Assembly: GCA_964367725.1 (NCBI GenBank)
Contig: CAYJAM010000001.1
Span: forward strand, 1 to 36,195
Direction of reading: 5' to 3'
Length of the DNA: 36,195 bases
DNA from: an uncultured Sphingobacterium sp.
GTDB lineage: Bacteria > Bacteroidota > Bacteroidia > Sphingobacteriales > Sphingobacteriaceae
Shown here: positions 20,663 to 28,352 of the stretch, piece by piece
Layout of the letters: the number at the start of each line of letters is the position of its first letter
Numbering within the stretch: position 1 is the first letter of the stretch
Position numbers and translations under genes: made by a program
Notes under the pieces: generated by a model
Seen by the model: only the letters and a program-made list of their open reading frames with translations
Told to the model about the DNA's origin: nothing
The model's database searches: none

Positions 20663-20692
20663 AAAAAAAACCTCCACAAAGGAGGTTTTTTT
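20663..20692. terminator. Bidirectional intrinsic terminator
   Basis: A8-CCTCC-ACAAA-GGAGG-T7 between convergent genes. Confidence 0.85.
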
Positions 20693-20719
20693 ATTTGTAA
20701 AAATGGGGTTTACCTTATA

Positions 20720-21211
20720 TTAATTATTAGGTTTTACTTTTATACTGTCGCCATCTATTTTGATCTTGCCATCTTCATCTTTCAGCTTCATCTCGTCACC
20801 GTCAATTTTGACCTTAGTGCCATCTTCGTATTTGATTTTGATCTTATCGCCATCACGTTTAACCTTTGTTTCATCAAGCATCCATTTACCATCTGCCTGC
20901 ATAATCGCATGATTAACAACCAAACCCGTTTGAAACAAAGTATCACCCGCGTTATTGGTATAGAACTCTACAGGAACTCTTTCAATACTGTCCATTGCCC
21001 ATCCTGTTGTCGGATCCATAATGATATAAACTGTTTTTCCTGTACTCAGATTTGTATAATTACCGGGAACAACTCTGGCTTCAGCCTCAGTATACTCAGA
21101 CTCAGTAGCCATCGTTGAATCGCCATCCATATCGTTCTTCTTATCGCTGTTACAGCCTATAAAAGCTGAACTTATAATTACAGCAAATAGCATTGATTTA
21201 ATATTTTTCAT
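20720..21211 (-). CDS. Lipoprotein of unknown function with K-x-K-x-DGD repeats (paralog A)
   Basis: Start MKNIKSML, lipobox FIGC, acidic linker, core shared with the adjacent gene, repetitive tail. Confidence 0.85.
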   Translation of the reverse strand: MKNIKSMLFAVIISSAFIGCNSDKKNDMDGDSTMATESEYTEAEARVVPGNYTNLSTGKTVYIIMDPTTGWAMDSIERVPVEFYTNNAGDTLFQTGLVVNHAIMQADGKWMLDETKVKRDGDKIKIKYEDGTKVKIDGDEMKLKDEDGKIKIDGDSIKVKPNN

Positions 21212-21344
21212 GTTTTTTAGTTTTAAATAGCTTAATGATTTGAAAGCAATATGGAGTGTTTTGTTTATCAGAAATTGAATGTTCTTCAACCCTGCGTAGC
21301 AAAAAATTCTGTTGTAATGCCCTCTTGATTTTTATATATGAAAT

Positions 21345-21869
21345 TTAATTTTTTTGTTTTGTGACAACTCCGTCTTCAATTTTAGTTTTTGAATCCCCGT
21401 CTTTGATTTTTACATCGCCATCCTCGTCAATTTTCTTTTTGTAGTCACCATCTTTGATCTTTATATCACCATCACCTTCAACTTTGATCTTGTAATCACC
21501 ATCTTTAATTTTATAGTCATCACCATCAACCTTTTTCTTATAATCGTCATATTTGATCTTTACCTCTTCATCGTCAACTTTAACCTTGGTTTCATCAACA
21601 TCATAATAGCCTCCTTCAGAAGCAATGAGTTTATCGTTGACAACGATGCCGGTAGTGAAGATGGTGTCCTTATTGTTATTGACGTATAGATAGACCGGCT
21701 TTCTGGTTTCACTATTGATGGCATAGCCAGTTTCCGGGTCTGCAATAACCATAATGGAATCGCCAGTATTGAGATCTACATAAGTTCCGGGTTCAACTTT
21801 GCCTCCATTGTTACAGGATGCGAGAGCCAGTAAGGATACTGCGCTCATTAATTTAATAGAAGTTTTCAT
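21345..21869 (-). CDS. Lipoprotein of unknown function with DGDxKIK repeats (paralog B)
   Basis: Start MKTSIK (alternative ATG at 21875), lipobox LASC, shared core, longer repeat tail. Confidence 0.85.
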   Translation of the reverse strand: MKTSIKLMSAVSLLALASCNNGGKVEPGTYVDLNTGDSIMVIADPETGYAINSETRKPVYLYVNNNKDTIFTTGIVVNDKLIASEGGYYDVDETKVKVDDEEVKIKYDDYKKKVDGDDYKIKDGDYKIKVEGDGDIKIKDGDYKKKIDEDGDVKIKDGDSKTKIEDGVVTKQKN

Positions 21870-22011
21870 AGTCATTTTTAGTTTATAATGGGTTAACAAT
21901 CAATCTGATAAAAGTTTTAAAAAATAAAACCGGGTAATTAAGAATTCAGACTGAAGTTTGAGAATGAAAAATTTCATATTTCTCATTCTCTATTCCCATT
22001 ATTAAAAATGC

Positions 22012-22977
22012 CTATATCATCGTTGCACGTACACGTTCAAGCAGGGCTTTGGTTTTAAGGATACCTTCATATTCTCCCAATTGCTCCCCTTCGTATTCAA
22101 TCCCCACATAGCCTTTAAAACCTGAATCCTTAACAATTTTAAGCATTCTATTATAGTCGGTTTCGATGCAATTACCTTGTGCATCGAAGTCCATAGATTT
22201 TGCACTTACTGCTTTGGCATAAGCCATCATTTCATAAGTACCTTTATATTTATCATATTCTTCAATACATTTGTTCTTACTGTCGCGAGTGAGGCAAAAG
22301 TTATTAAAGTCTGGTAGGGTACCTACATTTTTCATGCCAACATTCTTCATTACAGTCGAAAGCCAGTACCCATTCGAGCTATATCCTCCATGGTTTTCAA
22401 CGATGACATTGATATTCTCTTTTACAGCATACTCACCTAAAAGTCCGAGACCCTCAATAGCTGCCTTCTGTACATCTTCTGCACTTCCAACACCATAAGC
22501 ATTCACCCGGATAGAGCTGCAGCCCAGATATTTGGCAGCTTCTACCCACTTTTTATGATTATCTACTGCCTGTGTGCGTTTTGTGGTATCGAGTTCTCCT
22601 AAATTGCCTTCTCCATCACACATGATCAGATGATTCTTTACTCCATTATCAGAGCAGCGTTTCAGTAATTCATTAAGGTATGCGGTGTCTTTTGCCTTAT
22701 CCTTAAAGAAGGTGTTTACATATTCCACTGCACTGATACCAAATTCTTTTTTTGTTATCACCGGAAAATCCAGATTGTCTATTTTTTTGCTGCGAAGTGT
22801 TCTGTGCAATGACCACTGAGCCAGAGAGATCTCAAAAAATGAGTTTTTTATATCTGCTGCGTTTGAATGATTACGCGGGTTCATTTTCCCTGAACATGAA
22901 TAAAATGCAGAGGGCAAAATTGCAATTCCTGCAAGGCCTGTGACCTGTTGTATGAATTTACGGCGGTTGTTAGACAT
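22012..22977 (-). CDS. Sugar phosphate isomerase/epimerase (xylose isomerase-like TIM barrel) with Tat signal and probable lipobox
   Basis: NRRKFI twin-arginine motif, FYSC, ISLAQWS, VENHGG, LPDFNN, GIEYEG. Confidence 0.88.
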   Translation of the reverse strand: MSNNRRKFIQQVTGLAGIAILPSAFYSCSGKMNPRNHSNAADIKNSFFEISLAQWSLHRTLRSKKIDNLDFPVITKKEFGISAVEYVNTFFKDKAKDTAYLNELLKRCSDNGVKNHLIMCDGEGNLGELDTTKRTQAVDNHKKWVEAAKYLGCSSIRVNAYGVGSAEDVQKAAIEGLGLLGEYAVKENINVIVENHGGYSSNGYWLSTVMKNVGMKNVGTLPDFNNFCLTRDSKNKCIEEYDKYKGTYEMMAYAKAVSAKSMDFDAQGNCIETDYNRMLKIVKDSGFKGYVGIEYEGEQLGEYEGILKTKALLERVRATMI

Positions 22978-23049
22978 GTATCTTTTTTTAATTGGTGAAT
23001 TTTGAATTTACAATAAATAAAATTATAGTGAAAATTTAAGGAGTTTATA

Positions 23050-23299
23050 TTTAGGGGTCAATAATCGAATCCTGTTTTAAATGCCTGAATTAATCATTTA
23101 TCATAGAACCGTCAGATGCTTGTAACAAAGCTGCAAATTGAAAATTTTACCCTTCAAAATGTGTTCCTTTGTGTAGTGAATTAATGAATTATGAAGGTTC
23201 TGTGGTCCTAATATAAAGCGCGAACCTGAATAAGATCTGGTTTTTAGTTTAGTTTTAGTTTAGTGAGATCCGTTCTGAAAAGGACGGATCTTTCTTTTT
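23050..23299 (+). ncRNA. Candidate orphan small RNA (5' boundary uncertain)
   Basis: Plus-strand helices with G-U and tandem G-A pairs and a plus-oriented terminator, in a spacer flanked by minus-strand genes. Confidence 0.4.
23265..23299 (+). terminator. Intrinsic terminator oriented on the plus strand
   Basis: GAGATCCGTTCT-GAAA-AGGACGGATCTT then TCTTTTT; the G-U pairs, GNRA loop and U-tract only work on the + strand. Confidence 0.75.
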
Positions 23300-23307
23300 A
23301 AAACCCT

Positions 23308-24930
23308 TTAGTTTTTTCGCTTTTTAAACAGTGCTATTATTAAAATAAAGGCAAAAACCCCACTTCCTATTGATCCGCCTCTGGCTATATAATCACCATT
23401 CCTGACATAAAAACTTAGCTCTTCATTCAGATTAATATCCTGTTTAAGAGCCCCCTGAACCCACCATTCAGTTTGCTGAACAATATCCCCACGCTGGTTG
23501 ATGAATGCAGAAATACCCGTATTTGCCGATCTTGCCACCCATCTTCTGGTTTCAATTGCTCTGAGTTTAGCATAGTGCAGGTGCTGATCTTTGCCCGAAG
23601 TGTTTCCCCACCAGCCATCATTGGTTATGATCGCAATGAATTGCGCGTCTTTTTTGATATAGTCGGCTACATACTCGCCCCAAATTGATTCATAGCATAT
23701 CACAGGAGCAGAGCCGATTCCGCTTTGGGAATAGAATACCGAAGGTTCATCCTGCTTTCCATAGCTCCCTGTAGCTCCACCAAATGCGGCAAAAGCAGGT
23801 TTTAAGAAGGATAATGCATTCGAAAAGGGGGTTTGTTCTACACCCGGAACCAGCTTGGATTTATGATAGAATTGAAGGGTTCCTGAATTTTCTATAGATA
23901 CTGCAGCATTGAACACATCAAAATAGATTCCGCTGTTTCTGTTGTACCGTGCAGTCACTGTTTCAGCTGAATCATAAATGGCAAAACTCTCAATCCCTGA
24001 GATCAGGTTTGAATTCTTGTACTTATTCAGAAAATTCTGAATTGTTTTAAAGCTTTCATCTTCCCTGAATGTTTTCTCTTCTGTACCCTGTGATAGCGCA
24101 GTTTCCGGCCAGATGAAGTATTCGGTATTGCTTTGCCCTAATGAATCCGAAAGATGAATCAAACGATTGATTTGCTCGGAAGGTGGCATACTTCCGAATT
24201 TTTTATATGGATCAATGTTAGGTTGAACGACTACAATATTCGCCGGATTTGATTTTTCAGTATTGCTGAAATAAAAAAATAGTGAAATTAATACCGGTAA
24301 TGTGACCAGCATTAATGTTGGTAAAATCAACCGGATTTTATTCATTTTTAGAGTGCCTGCCTTTAAGGCCAGCCAGATCTCAAAAAATAAAATATTGGAA
24401 AGGAGAACCCACAGCGTACCACCATAAACACCGGTATACTCATACCATTGAACCAATTGATGAGTAGCTGCGAAACCATTTCCGAGGTTCATCCATGGGA
24501 ATGCGAGGTCCCAGCTTTGATGCAGGTATTCGTAGCCAATCCAGAAACAGATCAGTCCGGTATAAGCCCATACTTTTGAAGCGATTAATCTCAGTCTATA
24601 ATAAAGCCAGAATGCAATAGTCATTAAAACTGCCCCCAAACCAAAGGGAATCAGTGAAATCAGAGCAGCCACCCAGGTAGGCATTGCCGAATCCAGTGAA
24701 TTGAAGACCCAGTAAATACTGGCGGTATTCCATGCAAAAAAGCAAAGAAAGGCAGTCCTGAAAATCAATTTCCCTTTCTGCTTAGCATGGACCCCAATGA
24801 TATTTTCTGTCGCCAGTAATACAGGAACAAGTGCTATCAGAAGAATTGGGGAGCTGAATGGAATCGGTGGCCAGGCGAACCAAAGTAAGAATGCGCTTAA
24901 AAGTGCAAGCTGATAATTTCTTTTCATCAA
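23308..24930 (-). CDS. lnt: Apolipoprotein N-acyltransferase
   Basis: Multi-TM N-terminus, FPWMNLG, VQPNI, catalytic triad motifs WPET, HKSKLVPGVE and ICYES, TNDGWW, RSANTGIS. Confidence 0.95.
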   Translation of the reverse strand: MMKRNYQLALLSAFLLWFAWPPIPFSSPILLIALVPVLLATENIIGVHAKQKGKLIFRTAFLCFFAWNTASIYWVFNSLDSAMPTWVAALISLIPFGLGAVLMTIAFWLYYRLRLIASKVWAYTGLICFWIGYEYLHQSWDLAFPWMNLGNGFAATHQLVQWYEYTGVYGGTLWVLLSNILFFEIWLALKAGTLKMNKIRLILPTLMLVTLPVLISLFFYFSNTEKSNPANIVVVQPNIDPYKKFGSMPPSEQINRLIHLSDSLGQSNTEYFIWPETALSQGTEEKTFREDESFKTIQNFLNKYKNSNLISGIESFAIYDSAETVTARYNRNSGIYFDVFNAAVSIENSGTLQFYHKSKLVPGVEQTPFSNALSFLKPAFAAFGGATGSYGKQDEPSVFYSQSGIGSAPVICYESIWGEYVADYIKKDAQFIAIITNDGWWGNTSGKDQHLHYAKLRAIETRRWVARSANTGISAFINQRGDIVQQTEWWVQGALKQDINLNEELSFYVRNGDYIARGGSIGSGVFAFILIIALFKKRKN

Positions 24931-25553
24931 AGTCTGGCTAAGATTTCGGCTTTTTTATTTTCATACTCTTCCTGACTGATCAGTTGTTTTTCGTACAGTG
25001 TTTTTAACTTCTGCAGCTTTTGGGTTAGTTCATCTTCGGGTTCTGTTGCTTTTACCTCTGTAATTGCCGGAGTAATCTGATCTTCAATTTCTATGTATGA
25101 TGCGTAGTCATCCCCAAGGTTCTCATTCTGCAACACACTTATTTTCTCATCAAATCCTGGTATGGTCTTTACTTTTTCCAATTGTTCATTGCAGAACTGA
25201 TAGAGTTTGCGTGCCTGAACTTTTGGAATAAAATCTATGGCAATGTTTTCACCTCTTTGTGGGATGGTAATAAACTTTGAGCCAAAGAACTCTTCTTTGA
25301 ATGAAACCTCTTTAACTTCAGCCCAGGGGAAAGTTTTATAAGCCGTGGTAAGGCCCAGATTTTCAGGTATACAAAATACAATACGTTTATTCGTCACTGC
25401 TATGCAATCGGGAATCAGGGTCACAGCAGGTCTTTTTTGTATTGCCAGATAGATAACGGCCTCTCCTGAAGTAAGCATATCCCGTAGTTTCCCCAAAACT
25501 TTTTCTGCGGTTCTTGGGTCCTGATCATCTGTTAAATATTGTTCAATTAACAT
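24927..25553 (-). CDS. Bacterial PH-domain protein with C-terminal SHOCT domain
   Basis: IAVTNKRIVF PH-like core; LQKLKTLYEKQLISQEEYENKKAEIL SHOCT tail; stop overlaps the lnt start. Confidence 0.85.
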   Translation of the reverse strand: MLIEQYLTDDQDPRTAEKVLGKLRDMLTSGEAVIYLAIQKRPAVTLIPDCIAVTNKRIVFCIPENLGLTTAYKTFPWAEVKEVSFKEEFFGSKFITIPQRGENIAIDFIPKVQARKLYQFCNEQLEKVKTIPGFDEKISVLQNENLGDDYASYIEIEDQITPAITEVKATEPEDELTQKLQKLKTLYEKQLISQEEYENKKAEILARL

Positions 25554-25579
25554 AATCTAGTTTTTAATAAGTATATATT

Positions 25580-26251
25580 TTATTTGCCTGCTACACAAAT
25601 AACGATCTCACCCTTTAAGGTATGAGTTTCAAAATGTTCTTTTATATGTTCAAGACTGCCTCTCACGGTTTCTTCAAACATCTTGGTTAATTCTCTGGAA
25701 ACAGATGCCTGACGATCCGATCCAAAATATTGGGCAAACTCTTCCAATGTTTTTAAAAGGCGATGTGGCGATTCATAGAATATCATCGTACGGCTTTCAT
25801 TTACCAGTTCCTTCATCCGGGTTTGCCTGCCTTTTTTTACCGGCAGGAAGCCTTCAAAAGTGAAACGATCGGCAGCCAGACCTGAATTAACCAGGGCAGG
25901 AACAAATGCAGTAGCACCCGGCAGGCATTCTATTGCCAGATCATTGCGGATAGCTTCGCGAACAAGTAAAAATCCCGGATCGGAGATTGCCGGAGTACCT
26001 GCATCAGAAATTAATGCGATTTGTTTACCCTCTTTAAGGAAGCGAATTACCTCGGTTACCGACTTATGCTCATTATGCTGATGATGCGAAAATAATTTCT
26101 TGTCTATCCCAAAATGCTTCAGCAGAGGTGCGCTGGTGCGGGTATCTTCTGCAAGGATCAGATCTACTTCCTTCAGAATGCGAACTGCCCTGAAGCTCAT
26201 GTCTTCGAGATTGCCGATCGGTGTAGGTACAAGATAAAGTTTGCCGCTCAT
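25580..26251 (-). CDS. rsmI: 16S rRNA C1402 2'-O-methyltransferase
   Basis: LYLVPTPIGNLEDM, AEDTR, SDAGTPAISDPG, FYESPHR, RELTKMFEE; ATG at 26251 preferred. Confidence 0.97.
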   Translation of the reverse strand: MSGKLYLVPTPIGNLEDMSFRAVRILKEVDLILAEDTRTSAPLLKHFGIDKKLFSHHQHNEHKSVTEVIRFLKEGKQIALISDAGTPAISDPGFLLVREAIRNDLAIECLPGATAFVPALVNSGLAADRFTFEGFLPVKKGRQTRMKELVNESRTMIFYESPHRLLKTLEEFAQYFGSDRQASVSRELTKMFEETVRGSLEHIKEHFETHTLKGEIVICVAGK

Positions 26252-26322
26252 TATTTCTTTTCTTATTCGGGTACTCATTCAGGAAAAACTCCAAAATCAA
26301 AGCCCAAACTCCAAACTGTTTA

Positions 26323-26330
26323 TATCTTTG
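26323..26330 (+). promoter_or_regulatory. Bacteroidota -7 promoter element for serS
   Basis: TATCTTTG, 16 nt upstream of the ATG. Confidence 0.6.
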
Positions 26331-26346
26331 TCTAAAATTATTAAAG

Positions 26347-27618
26347 ATGCTGCAAGTTAGTTATATCCGCGAAAATAGGGAGGAAGTTTTAAATCGTTTA
26401 TCCGTCAGGAATTTTAAAAATCCTGAACTGGTTGATCAGATCATAAAGCTTGATGATGACCGTCGTCAGACGCAAACTCTTTTGGATTCAATTGCTGCTG
26501 AGGCTAATGCCGCTGCAAAAAAGGTTGGTGAACTGATGCGTCAGGGTTTAAAAGCAGAGGCTGAAGCAATAAAGACACAGACAACAACATTCAAAGAACA
26601 AACACGTACCCTTGGGGATAAACTGTCTGCCATTGAAATTCTTTTGCAGGCTGAGTTGGTGCTTTTGCCTAATTTGCCTCATCAATCGGTACCCAAAGGC
26701 TTCGGAGCCGATGACAATCAGGTTGCATCAGAACATGGACTGATTCCTCAGCTCATGCAGGGTGCCTTACCTCATTGGGAACTAGCCGCAAAGTATGATA
26801 TCATAGATTTTGAGCTGGGCAACAAAATTGCCGGTGCCGGTTTTCCGGTTTATAAGGGAAAGGGTGCTAAACTACAGCGTGCGCTGATTAATTTCTTTCT
26901 CGATAATGCAGATGCTGCAGGTTACCGCGAGATGCAGCCACCAATTGTTGTGAATGAGGCCTCAGGTTTTGGTACCGGGCAACTTCCTGATAAGGAAGGT
27001 CAGATGTATCACATCACCGGCGATAATCTTTATCTGATTCCTACTGCCGAGGTTCCGGTCACAAATCTATACCGCGATGTGATCTTGAAAGAGGAGGAAT
27101 TACCAATAAAAAATTGCGCATATACCCCATGTTTCCGCCGTGAAGCAGGCTCTTATGGCGCTCATGTTCGCGGATTAAACCGTCTTCATCAGTTCGATAA
27201 GGTTGAGATTGTACAAGTTGTGCATCCTGATCACTCTTATGATGTATTGGAAGATATGAGCAATTATGTTCAATCCTTATTGAAAAAACTTGAATTGCCA
27301 TACCGTGTACTTAGCTTATGTGGTGGTGATATGGGCTTCACATCTGCAAAAACTTATGATATGGAAGTTTGGTGTGCTGCCCAGGCACGCTGGCTGGAAG
27401 TTTCTTCAGTTTCCAATTTTGAAACATATCAGAGTAACCGCCTGAAACTGCGTTATAAGAGCGGTGACGGCAAGCCTCAGCTTGCTCACACCTTAAATGG
27501 AAGTGCACTGGCATTACCGCGTATCGTGGCTTCTCTACTGGAAAATAATCAGGATGAAAAGGGTATAAAAATTCCGGCTGCTCTGGTTCCTTATACAGGT
27601 TTCGATTATATCAGCTAA
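26347..27618 (+). CDS. serS: Serine--tRNA ligase
   Basis: N-terminal coiled coil, LIPTAEV, FRREAGSYG..GLNRLHQFDKVE, EVSSVSN, HTLNGSALA. Confidence 0.98.
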   Translation: MLQVSYIRENREEVLNRLSVRNFKNPELVDQIIKLDDDRRQTQTLLDSIAAEANAAAKKVGELMRQGLKAEAEAIKTQTTTFKEQTRTLGDKLSAIEILLQAELVLLPNLPHQSVPKGFGADDNQVASEHGLIPQLMQGALPHWELAAKYDIIDFELGNKIAGAGFPVYKGKGAKLQRALINFFLDNADAAGYREMQPPIVVNEASGFGTGQLPDKEGQMYHITGDNLYLIPTAEVPVTNLYRDVILKEEELPIKNCAYTPCFRREAGSYGAHVRGLNRLHQFDKVEIVQVVHPDHSYDVLEDMSNYVQSLLKKLELPYRVLSLCGGDMGFTSAKTYDMEVWCAAQARWLEVSSVSNFETYQSNRLKLRYKSGDGKPQLAHTLNGSALALPRIVASLLENNQDEKGIKIPAALVPYTGFDYIS

Positions 27619-27635
27619 GCTTTTAATAGGATATG

Positions 27636-27712
27636 TTCCCCTGTGGTCGGTGTTCTCACCGTACCAAGCACGATCATATCATTGGTCGGTGATAACACCA
27701 ACCACAGGGAAT
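27636..27712. repeat. REPIN-like inverted doublet of palindromic units
   Basis: Arm 1 ttcccctgtggtcggtgttctcaccgtaccaa versus reverse complement of arm 2 attccctgtggttggtgttatcaccgaccaa; each arm also self-pairs. Confidence 0.8.
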
Positions 27713-27752
27713 AAACTTAGCTCAGCAATATTTTATATCTCCTCAGGTTAAT

Positions 27753-28214
27753 TTAAAATAGGTCAATCATCAGTTCCAGGATTTTCCACATCAGCCAGAC
27801 AAAAATCAGAATGAAGATAATAAGGAAGATTACTATCCAGAGTAGCGTGCCTTTGCCACTGCCCTGATGTTTTCCTTCCTCATAGTATTCTTTCAGGAGA
27901 CGGATGTTTCTTGAGTTTGATTTATATGCAAAGTCAAATACCTGGCCAATGATTGGGATGGCACCAATGGTTGAGTCCAGAATGACATTCAGAAACATCA
28001 GAATGAGAACTTTCCGGCTGAGGCCATGCCTTGCCATGGTAAGTATCAACACAATCGAAACTGCAAAACCCGAAATATCCCCCAAAACCGGAATTAAATT
28101 TAAGAGGGGGTCGATGCCAAATCTGAAATTCGTTCCCGGAATCCGAAATTTTTCATCCATAAGGTAAGAAACACGTTCTGCCCAGTTCAATTTTGGACTC
28201 AGCTTTTTTTGCAT
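27753..28214 (-). CDS. DUF4112-family membrane protein
   Basis: LMDEKFRIPGTNFRFGIDPLLNLIPVLGD and GAIPIIGQVFDFAYKSNSRN motifs. Confidence 0.9.
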   Translation of the reverse strand: MQKKLSPKLNWAERVSYLMDEKFRIPGTNFRFGIDPLLNLIPVLGDISGFAVSIVLILTMARHGLSRKVLILMFLNVILDSTIGAIPIIGQVFDFAYKSNSRNIRLLKEYYEEGKHQGSGKGTLLWIVIFLIIFILIFVWLMWKILELMIDLF

Positions 28215-28247
28215 AAGAAATAGTTTAGTTTATTAATCCAGATGGCT

Positions 28248-28263
28248 ATCCAAATTAGTGCCA
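28248..28263 (-). promoter_or_regulatory. Candidate sigma54 (-24/-12) promoter of the DUF4112 gene
   Basis: TGGCACTAATTTGGAT on the minus strand, 33 nt before the ATG; -12 box imperfect. Confidence 0.4.
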
Positions 28264-28352
28264 TTTTTATCAATATAAATAAGTTTTTGAACCAAAATCT
28301 TATTTGGTATCTGGTTTTTAATTTTTTATCTTAGAAACAAATTAGGTTATTT

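Noticed and set aside
21345-21600. DNA-level repeat element within lipoprotein B
   Set aside because: The periodicity is explained by protein repeats with synonymous variation, not by a separate DNA element.
23081-23125. Mini-ORF MPELIIYHRTVRCL in the candidate sRNA region
   Set aside because: Only 14 codons with no leader-peptide signature; cannot be supported without conservation or ribosome profiling.
23100-23206. 6S RNA or SRP RNA identity for the long helix
   Set aside because: No recognisable SRP domain IV motif, no second helix beyond a central bubble that I could identify, and not in the usual zapA-linked context; left as an unknown RNA candidate.
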